The translations under genes were made by a program, and so were the position numbers. A stretch of 31,870 nt of DNA from Perkinsela sp. CCAP 1560/9. Taxonomy: Eukaryota; Protista; Euglenozoa: Kinetoplastea. Under the pieces are notes generated by a model. The model made no database searches. It saw nothing but the letters and a program-made list of their open reading frames with translations, and was not told the DNA's origin. Where the stretch lies: the NCBI GenBank assembly GCA_965644495.1, contig CBFFSA010000069.1:1-31870 (forward strand). Direction: 5' to 3'. Of the stretch, positions 8,038 through 17,311 are shown piece after piece (within the stretch, counting starts at the first letter, position 1; each line of letters opens with the position of its first letter).

Positions 8038-11000
8038 TTGCGGTGGTTGTAAAACTACCGCTCTACCCTCGATTATTGAAAAAAAAGTGAACAAAAACAG
8101 TGAAAATATAGAGAGGAACACAGTAATATAATAGACTCGATCTTTACAAAAAACTCGATCTTTACAAAAAACTCGATCTTTACAAAAAACTCGATCTTTA
8201 CAAGACATTCGATCTTTACAAAACACTCGATCTTTGCTAAAAACTCGATCTTTACAAAAAACTCGATCTTTACTAAAAATTCGATCTTTACAAAACACTC
8301 GATCTTTACAACAAACTCGATCTTTACAAAACACTCGATCTTTACAAAAAGGTCGATCTTTACAAAAAACTCGATCTTTACAAAAAACTCGATCTTTACA
8401 AAACACTCGATCTTTACAAAAAACTCGATCTTTACAAAAAGGTCGATCTTTACTAAAAACTCGATATTTACGAAACACTCGATCTTTACAAAACACTCGA
8501 TCTTTACAAAAAACTCGATCTTTGCTAAAAACTCGATCTTTACAAAATACTCGATCTTTACAAAAAGGTCGATCTTTACTAAAAACTCGATATTTACGAA
8601 ACACTCGATCTTTACAAAACACTCGATCTTTACAAACAACTCGATCTTTACAAAACACTCGATCTTTACAAAAAACTCGATCTTTACAAAAAACTCGATC
8701 TTTACAAAACACTCGATCTTTACAAAAAACTCGATCTTTACAAAAAGGTCGATCTTTACTAAAAACTCGATATTTACGAAACACTCGATCTTTACAAAAC
8801 ACTCGATCTTTACAAAAAGGTCGATCTTTACTAAAAACTCGATATTTACGAAACACTCGATCTTTACAAAACACTCGATCTTTACAAAATACTCGATCTT
8901 TACAAAAAACTCGATCTTTACAAAACACTCGATCTTTACAAAAAACTCGATCTTTACAAAAAGGTCGATCTTTACTAAAAACTCGATATTTACGAAACAC
9001 TCGATCTTTACAAAACACTCGATCTTTACAAACAACTCGATCTTTACAAAACACTCGATCTTTACAAAAAACTCGATCTTTACAAAAAACTCGATCTTTA
9101 CAAAACACTCGATCTTTACAAAAAGGTCGATCTTTACTAAAAACTCGATATTTACGAAACACTCGATCTTTACAAAACACTCGATCTTTACAAAATACTC
9201 GATCTTTACAAAAAACTCGATCTTTACAAAACACTCGATCTTTACAAAAAACTCGATCTTTACAAAAAGGTCGATCTTTACTAAAAACTCGATATTTACG
9301 AAACACTCGATCTTTACAAAACACTCGATCTTTACAAACAACTCGATCTTTACAAAACACTCGATCTTTACAAAAACCTCGATCTTTACAAAACACTCGA
9401 TCTTTACAAAAAACTCGATCTTTACAAAAAGGTCGATCTTTACTAAAAACTCGATCTTTACAAAAAGGTCGATCTTTACTAAAAACTCGATCTTTACAAA
9501 AAGGTCGATCTTTACTAAAAACTCGATCTTTACAAAAAATTCGATCTTTACAAAACACTCGATCTTTACAAAATACTCGATCTTTACAAAAAACTCGATC
9601 TTTACAAAACACTCGATCTTTACAAAAAACTCGATCTTTACAAAAAGGTCGATCTTTACTAAAAACTCGATATTTACGAAACACTCGATCTTTACAAAAC
9701 ACTCGATCTTTACAAACAACTCGATCTTTACAAAACACTCGATCTTTACAAAAACCTCGATCTTTACAAAAAACTAGATCTTTACAACAAACTCGATCTT
9801 TACAAAAAACTCGATCTTTACAAAAAACTCGATATTTACGAAACACTCGATATTTACAAATGATTCGATCTTTACAAAAAAACTCGATATTTACGAAACA
9901 CTCGATATTTACAAAATATTCGATCTTTACAAAAAACTCGATCTTTACAAGACACTCGATCTTTGCTAAAAACTCGATCTTTACAAAAAACTCGATCTTT
10001 ACAAAAAACTCGATCTTTGCTAAAAACTCGATCTTTACAAAAAACTCGATCTTTACAAGACACTCGATCTTTGCTAAAAACTCGATCTTTACAAAAAACT
10101 CGATCTTTACAAGACACTCGATCTTTACAAAACACTCGATCTTTGCTAAAAACTCGATCTTTACAAAAAACTCGATCTTTACAAAAAACTCGATCTTTAC
10201 AAAAAACTGGATCTTTACAAAACACTCGATCTTTACTAAAAACTCGATCTTTACAAAAAGGTCGATCTTTACTAAAAACTCGATCTTTACAAAAAACTCG
10301 ATCTTTACAAAACACTCGATCTTTACAAAAACCATGATCTTTACAAAAAATTCGATCTTTACAAAACACTCGATCTTTACAAAATACTCGATCTTTACAA
10401 AAAACTCGATCTTTACAAAACACTCGATCTTTACAAAAAACTCGATCTTTACAAAAAGGTCGATCTTTACTAAAAACTCGATATTTACGAAACACTCGAT
10501 CTTTACAAAACACTCGATCTTTACAAACAACTCGATCTTTACAAAACACTCGATCTTTACAAAAACCTCGATCTTTACAAAAAACTAGATCTTTACAACA
10601 AACTCGATCTTTACAAAAAACTCGATCTTTACAAAAAACTCGATATTTACGAAACACTCGATATTTACAAATGATTCGATCTTTACAAAAAAACTCGATA
10701 TTTACGAAACACTCGATATTTACAAAATATTCGATCTTTACAAAAAACTCGATCTTTACAAGACACTCGATCTTTGCTAAAAACTCGATCTTTACAAAAA
10801 ACTCGATCTTTACAAAAAACTCGATCTTTGCTAAAAACTCGATCTTTACAAAAAACTCGATCTTTACAAGACACTCGATCTTTGCTAAAAACTCGATCTT
10901 TACAAAAAACTCGATCTTTACAAGACACTCGATCTTTACAAAACACTCCCTCTTTGCTAAAAACTCGATCTTTGCTAAAAACTCGATCTTTACAAAAAGG

Positions 11001-12759
11001 TCGATCTTTACAAAAAACTCGATCTTTACAAAAAACTCGATCTTTACAAAAAACTCGATCTTTACAAAACACTCGATCTTTACAAAAAACTCGATCTTTA
11101 CAAAAAGGTCGATCTTTACTAAAAACTCGATATTTACGAAACACTCGATCTTTACAAAACACTCGATCTTTACAAAAAACTCGATCTTTGCTAAAAACTC
11201 GATCTTTACAAAAAATTCGATCTTTACAAAACACTCGATCTTTACAAAATACTCGATCTTTACAAAAAACTCGATCTTTACAAACAACTCGATCTTTACA
11301 AAAAACTCGATCTTTACAAAAAGGTCGATCTTTACTAAAAACTCGATATTTACGAAACACTCGATCTTTACAAAACACTCGATCTTTACAAACAACTCGA
11401 TCTTTACAAAACACTCGATCTTTACAAAAAACTCGATCTTTACAAAAAACTCGATCTTTACAAAACACTCGATCTTTACAAAAAACTCGATCTTTACAAA
11501 AAGGTCGATCTTTACTAAAAACTCGATATTTACGAAACACTCGATCTTTACAAAACACTCGATCTTTACAAAATACTCGATCTTTACAAAAAACTCGATC
11601 TTTACAAAACACTCGATCTTTACAAAAAACTCGATCTTTACAAAAAGGTCGATCTTTACTAAAAACTCGATATTTACGAAACACTCGATCTTTACAAAAC
11701 ACTCGATCTTTACAAACAACTCGATCTTTACAAAACACTCGATCTTTACAAAAACCTCGATCTTTACAAAACACTCGATCTTTACAAAAAACTCGATCTT
11801 TACAAAAAGGTCGATCTTTACTAAAAACTCGATCTTTACAAAAAGGTCGATCTTTACTAAAAACTCGATATTTACGAAACACTCGATCTTTACAAAACAC
11901 TCGATCTTTACAAACAACTCGATCTTTACAAAACACTCGATCTTTACAAAAACCTCGATCTTTACAAAAAACTCGATATTTACAAGAGATTCGAGCTTTA
12001 CAAAAAACTAGATCTTTACAACAAACTCGATCTTTACAAAAAACTCGATCTTTACAAAAAACTCGATATTTACGAAACACTCGATATTTACAAATGATTC
12101 GATCTTTACAAAAAAACTCGATATTTACGAAACACTCGATATTTACAAAATATTCGATCTTTACAAAAAACTCGATCTTTACAAGACACTCGATCTTTGC
12201 TAAAAACTCGATCTTTACAAAAAACTCGATCTTTACAAGACACTCGATCTTTGCTAAAAACTCGATCTTTACAAAAAACTCGATCTTTACAAGACACTCG
12301 ATCTTTGCTAAAAACTCGATCTTTACAAAAAACTCGATCTTTACAAGACACTCGATCTTTGCTAAAAACTCGATCTTTACAAAAAACTCGATCTTTACAA
12401 GACACTCGATCTTTGCTAAAAACTCGATCTTTACAAAAAACTCGATCTTTACAAAAAAGTTTGCGCCAAAAAAAGTAAAAATATTATTTTTTCAAAATCG
12501 ACTCCTAAAATGTATTTCGAGAGTTTGGGACCTCAGCTACCATTCTACGACGTTTTTTACGAAAGATTGGCTTCCTACCACTAGTGGTAAGGCATCAAAA
12601 ACGGCCCAAATTCGGTTAAAAGTTCGCAATTTGTGCCGAAAAATCGCGCTTTGTCACCCAAAAGAATAAATTTAGAATATTTATGATCTTTTGGCGAAGT
12701 CATTCATGCTGCGCGCTTCGCGTTGAAAACTACGACCGTGTTTAACGAAGAGCCTAAAA
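8038..12759 (+). mobile_element. Satellite-bearing variant of the Helitron-like unit
   Basis: Shares the first ~97 bp with the unit, then the 18-bp array. The region after ~12460 is a diverged homolog of unit positions ~390-505 and beyond. It ends ...GTTTAACGAAGAGCCTAAAA. Confidence 0.75.
8135..12458 (+). repeat. 18-bp satellite ACTCGATCTTTACAAAA(A/C), about 240 monomers
   Basis: Continuous tandem array with recurring variant monomers (GGTCGA, CTAAAA, GATATTTACGAAAC, CAAGAC, TTTGCT). Confidence 0.97.
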
Positions 12760-13027
12760 TTAAAAAATCACTTATTAGTTACATATCACCTATTAGTTAC
12801 CAAAATCCTATGTAACTAATGTGCGTGGGGGGGTTTATGAATTTTAGCGATCATATTTTTTGTATTGGATGTATTTTTAAAGAGACCTCAAAATAGCAGG
12901 AACTTGGAGATCTTAGAATTTTGAACCAAAAAGTGGTGCCGAAACCCCCCTAAGCCTCGTTGTACAAAAAAAAGTGGGGGGTGACTTATTCGCTGTGGGG
13001 GGTTTATATTGCATTGTTGCAGTTAAA

Positions 13028-14212
13028 TTAATCAAGAAACACTTTGTCCTCTTCTTCATTTTCAGAAGGTGAGGATGATGTGTCCAGATCCCATCCCATG
13101 GACCTGTTTCCCATTTGCAAAGACATATTGTGCGTCGTGGTTGGATACTTAGGGTCCTGTGATAAGGTCCGACTATCACAATTATCAAAGCAACCAAGGC
13201 TGAGAAAATGTAGCAATGATGTGACGCCAAGATCGGTGTCATGCGAAGTGTTAATATTTGCACTAGCGCTTATAAATTTACTATGGGGTAGTGTATCTGC
13301 ACATGGAGGTGGGACAGCGTGCGTTTGTTTTTGTATCTGCAACAAGAACGGAGAAGAGGTGTATTTTAAAGTTGTTTGTCCTTCCGAACCTCTTATTTCA
13401 GAAGACACGTCAGTACGGTAGGATATAGCTTCTTTGCGCAATGTTTTACGCTGAACAAGCGAAAGCTTGCGTGTAATAAAAAAGGAGAACTTAGATCCGT
13501 TCGAGAATGCACACTCAACCTGCGACGCATCATGTTTATGCTCTGCTAGAACTGAACAAGAGCGAGCCTGAGATGTTTCAGCGAAACTCGATGTGAATCC
13601 AGAGTCACCAAAGTTACGGGCGCGTCGCTTTTTTCCGCTGCTGCTGTCCTTATTAGAACGATCTGCATCCGAATTGGAGTAAGATTCCCGTACTACATCT
13701 ACTTGTTCAGAGTTGCACTCGGTTTCAACATGACAGCTTTGTGTACTGAATGGAGGATGGAAGGAAGACCCATTTAAGTGAAAATTCGAGGCATCTAATG
13801 TAACATTCGTATTGCGAGATCTCACAGAGATGGGTGTTTCTTTCAGAGCCTCAGAACAACACTCAGCAGAGACCCCGGTTTGTGAAATATCATCCGATAC
13901 ACTTTCCAACACAACTAAGTCCCCCCGTTGTAACCAAATCACTTTGTGCAGTCGTCGAGAAAGCTTTGCGAGCGCGGTGGGAAATAATGCATCATTATTT
14001 TTTTCATATTCCTCGTCATCTGGTGAGAAATGTGTTTTTTTGGTTTCCTTTGTTGCGTTTGGGCGCCAGTACTCCACTTTCCAGAGATTGTTTCCGCGGC
14101 ACTCGAGACACCGAGCAAGACACTCTGTGGAGGAATGAAGTAAGGGGACCTGCTTTTCGTTCATTTGCTGCACTACGTGTCGGGCATGGTGATGGCGTCC
14201 CACCCCGCTCAT
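13028..14212 (-). CDS. EIF1AD: EIF1AD-like S1/OB-fold RNA-binding protein with a long low-complexity C-terminus
   Basis: RHVV...RCLECRGNNLWKVE...LAKLSRRLHKVIWLQRGDLVVL matches the eIF1A-domain pattern GNNLxxV...IWIKRGDF. Acidic tail. Confidence 0.7.
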   Translation of the reverse strand: MSGVGRHHHARHVVQQMNEKQVPLLHSSTECLARCLECRGNNLWKVEYWRPNATKETKKTHFSPDDEEYEKNNDALFPTALAKLSRRLHKVIWLQRGDLVVLESVSDDISQTGVSAECCSEALKETPISVRSRNTNVTLDASNFHLNGSSFHPPFSTQSCHVETECNSEQVDVVRESYSNSDADRSNKDSSSGKKRRARNFGDSGFTSSFAETSQARSCSVLAEHKHDASQVECAFSNGSKFSFFITRKLSLVQRKTLRKEAISYRTDVSSEIRGSEGQTTLKYTSSPFLLQIQKQTHAVPPPCADTLPHSKFISASANINTSHDTDLGVTSLLHFLSLGCFDNCDSRTLSQDPKYPTTTHNMSLQMGNRSMGWDLDTSSSPSENEEEDKVFLD

Positions 14213-14394
14213 GGAAGACTAAGAAAAGATATGAAAGAAAGATTAGCACGTTTAGATTTTGTATGGAAGGTATTTATGCACTGTGCAGCAAAATGAGCTT
14301 TTTAAAGATTTCTAAAAATCTTTGCGTGGAAAGATGGAGAACAGTATTGAAGTGCGGAGAAATGTCGCGCGGTAAAGAAATAAAGAAGAAAGTC

Positions 14395-14865
14395 CTAAAA
14401 GCGATGTCGTGTAGCATACTGCTGCACACTTTCCACCTTTGCAAGTCCTTTTTGCGCTCCGCGGAACACGATCTCAATCAAATCTACCATTTCTTGTGGC
14501 TCATGGATAGGGAAATGAATTCGAGAATGTACCCCACTGCCGCAATCAACTTGGATGTGACGGTTCTGATAAAAAAACATGACGTTCACGTCATCCTCAA
14601 GCTCATACATATCAGTGAAATCCGAAATGACATCCATATCAACGGCGTAAATTTCTGCAAAATTACGTACTAGATGAACAATTCGGCGCAGTGTTTCGTC
14701 CATTTCTGCGCAGTCCGACGTGTTTTCACGACCAAAGCGAATCACAATAACGTAAGGAATGTCTGTGTTAATGGCCAAGTCAACAGAGTAAGGGGTATGA
14801 ATTCGTGTGAGCTCACGCTGGCTGCGCTTGGCAATGTGGTACGTTTTTTTCGGATCTTCCGACAT
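14395..14865 (-). CDS. DIM1: U5 snRNP 15-kDa thioredoxin-like protein (Dim1/Dib1/TXNL4A)
   Basis: VDLAI...VIVIRFG...CAEMDETL...VRNFAEIYAVD...DFTDMYEL...VMFFYQNRHIQVDCGSG...QEMVDLIEIVFRGAQKG. Confidence 0.93.
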   Translation of the reverse strand: MSEDPKKTYHIAKRSQRELTRIHTPYSVDLAINTDIPYVIVIRFGRENTSDCAEMDETLRRIVHLVRNFAEIYAVDMDVISDFTDMYELEDDVNVMFFYQNRHIQVDCGSGVHSRIHFPIHEPQEMVDLIEIVFRGAQKGLAKVESVQQYATRHRF

Positions 14866-15121
14866 ATGAATGTGTGAAACCCTACCCGCTATTCAAGGGT
14901 AGAGGAAGAGGATGAAAATGTAACAGATAAACAAAAAATGTCTTTCTTATGGTATTTCCGGGAGATAATGATACCGATAGAAGCCAAACAGAACGTGTAA
15001 AGAGTGAGTAACCAGAATATGCATAGAAAGTGGTTACAAAGACGAATATTAAAAACAAAAGAATGAGTCACCTTTGCACACCGAAACCGAAGTCCTTGTC
15101 GATAACCTCCCCACCGCTCTT

Positions 15122-17077
15122 TCAATCCTTTTCGAATTCCAAATAGGACACACTCATCCCTTCTCCCCTATCTCCTCTCCCCCCTCCCCCCTCAGACCGC
15201 ATCCGAGGGTTTTGCCGGCGTAAGCGCTGCCCCATTTTCGTCACCGAGGCCACCACAGCCGCATCCCGGGCCATATCCTCCTCAGAGCCTGCCGCATTCG
15301 GGTCCAAATGCCTTCTCACCCCTAGACGACGAAAATCAACCTTATGTTGCGCATACAAATGATCGTACCGTGTCTGCGGGCTCTCCGCCATCCAATGCGC
15401 ACCCCTCTCATACAAATCCGTCCGGGAAATCGTATTCTTACTCTCCATCCGGGTGTCCTTCTTTTGTTCCTCCACCTTAAACTGGTAAAACAACGAATCC
15501 GCCGGGGTACTCTCCCAGGTCTTCTTTCCCCCATGACGGCCATAATACGGTCCAATCCCGCTACTCCCTTTTTGGTCCTTTTCCTGCGGCAACCCGCGCA
15601 TCCCGCCCCCACTGGTGAGCTCCAGAAGGTCATCCACATACTGCTCCGCGCGCCTCATGTTTAAAAACGAAAACTGAGACTTTGATCGCGCCCAGGCGTA
15701 CTTCCTCCCCTCCGGGATACGGTAACAAATCAACGCGTCGTTGATATGAAATTTAACCACCGGAGAGAGGAATTCCGGAGGAAGACCATTTTCCCGAAGC
15801 GTATCCACCAAAAGCGGAATTTTCTTCATCTCCGCATGATTCGGTTGACCGTAATAAGCCATATCCCCGGCCAACGGGGTATAGGCCCGATCGACAATAT
15901 CCCGTAGATACAGCTCCGCGGCCTCTAACGAAAGCCTCGAGGACGCGTTCGAGGCCACGCAATCCGCCCACAGCGCATCCGCGGCCTCGGGATTTCTATT
16001 CTCCCGGTAACATTCAAACATTAAAGTAAAAAGAGTAAACGATAAATTTTCGGGGCATTTCGAGCGCAGCCAGTGGAACAGAGACTGGGCCTGGGTGAGT
16101 TCCCCACACAGGCTGAGGGCCCGGATGGTGTGAAGATAAGTAGTGAGATTCGGGCAGACCTTTTGGACCCCCAGCGCGTCGTAGGTTTGGGCAAACACAC
16201 GCTGGCAGTTGGCAAAGCCCCCGGAGAGCATCACCGACATGAGCGCGTTGAAGAGATGGAGCAGCAGGGTTTTGTTGTTACTGTTTTGCAGGGAAGAAGA
16301 AGAAGAAAAAGAGGTGGAAAGCTCCGTTTTTGAAGCTTGTGAAGCTTGTAGTTTCGAGGTAGTAGAGCGAGTGGGGAGAGTACCGCTTCCTCTCTCCCTA
16401 CGAAGTAAATCCATACAACACTCCACGACATAGCTGGCGTGGTCGACACGTTCGGTGCCTTGATACTCCCCCATTTTTTTAATCGCCTCCGTGGTGTCGT
16501 AGTGGCACTGGGTCTCACAAAGGTAGGTCTCGAGTTTTCGTGCGCGAAAACTTTCCACGAGGCTGGGGAACGCGGTTAGAGGGAGTAGAGAAGACGGAGG
16601 GGCATCCCGCCCGTTGCGTAGGGGCATGAAATCACCATGGAGCGACAGAATCGCATCGAAATGGTTCATGGCGTACCCCGGGAACCCGTAATCATTGCAC
16701 TCGCATAGGGAAATGTAATGCTGCCAGGCTTTTTTGGTTTTCTCCTCATGGGATACGGATGGAGGGGGTGTCTCATCGACCATGTCGTTTTCCCACCAAT
16801 GTTGTTTTTCTCGGGACTCGATCGCGGATCGTTGCGCCTCGAAGGCTTTGATTTTTTCGTTCGTGCTCCGCGTGGTACGGATGTGATGTTCCAGTCGAGC
16901 TCGAGGCGACATGCGACAAGGGTAGAAAACCCCTCGCCAGTTCTCGAATCGAGATCGGCCCGGCATAAGGTACCGGTAGGTGGAGTGGGAGGGAACCGAC
17001 ATGGGGAAGGAGGGGAGAGGTAGAGGAGGAGAAAATAGGCTTGATTTGATGTTGAAAATAGTTGCGTGAGTCTGCAC
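15122..17077 (-). CDS. PPR-repeat protein, probably a mitochondrial RNA-binding or mitoribosomal protein; true start may be a downstream ATG
   Basis: 651-aa ORF with PPR-like helices: LFNALMSV...QKVCPNLTTYLHTIRALSLCGELTQAQSLF...LFTLMFECY. Confidence 0.7.
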   Translation of the reverse strand: MQTHATIFNIKSSLFSPPLPLPSFPMSVPSHSTYRYLMPGRSRFENWRGVFYPCRMSPRARLEHHIRTTRSTNEKIKAFEAQRSAIESREKQHWWENDMVDETPPPSVSHEEKTKKAWQHYISLCECNDYGFPGYAMNHFDAILSLHGDFMPLRNGRDAPPSSLLPLTAFPSLVESFRARKLETYLCETQCHYDTTEAIKKMGEYQGTERVDHASYVVECCMDLLRRERGSGTLPTRSTTSKLQASQASKTELSTSFSSSSSLQNSNNKTLLLHLFNALMSVMLSGGFANCQRVFAQTYDALGVQKVCPNLTTYLHTIRALSLCGELTQAQSLFHWLRSKCPENLSFTLFTLMFECYRENRNPEAADALWADCVASNASSRLSLEAAELYLRDIVDRAYTPLAGDMAYYGQPNHAEMKKIPLLVDTLRENGLPPEFLSPVVKFHINDALICYRIPEGRKYAWARSKSQFSFLNMRRAEQYVDDLLELTSGGGMRGLPQEKDQKGSSGIGPYYGRHGGKKTWESTPADSLFYQFKVEEQKKDTRMESKNTISRTDLYERGAHWMAESPQTRYDHLYAQHKVDFRRLGVRRHLDPNAAGSEEDMARDAAVVASVTKMGQRLRRQNPRMRSEGGGGRGDRGEGMSVSYLEFEKD

Positions 17078-17311
17078 TTTGGATACGTTTGAAGTTTACG
17101 CGGTTCGTTCTGGAATTATGAAAAGAAAGTGATGTTGAATTGGGCAGAAAAAATGATAAGCAAATATGGAGAATAAGGCATTCAAATCGCCTGATTGTGG
17201 ACCTCAAGCCAGACGGCTTGTCGAATGTTTCTACGCATGACAGATAAATTCACCAAATGACTTTGGTGGAAAGCTCCAACGGAAGTATTTTCACAAGAAA
17301 TGGCGGCAAGT

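Noticed and set aside
8135-12458. CRISPR array
   Set aside because: There are no unique spacers and no cas genes; it is a contiguous tandem repeat.
7990-12669. Long ORFs with FVKIEF / CKDRVF / TRSLQK / KNSIFT repeats
   Set aside because: They are by-products of a stop-poor 18-bp monomer, open in several frames on both strands and shifted by 19-bp monomers.
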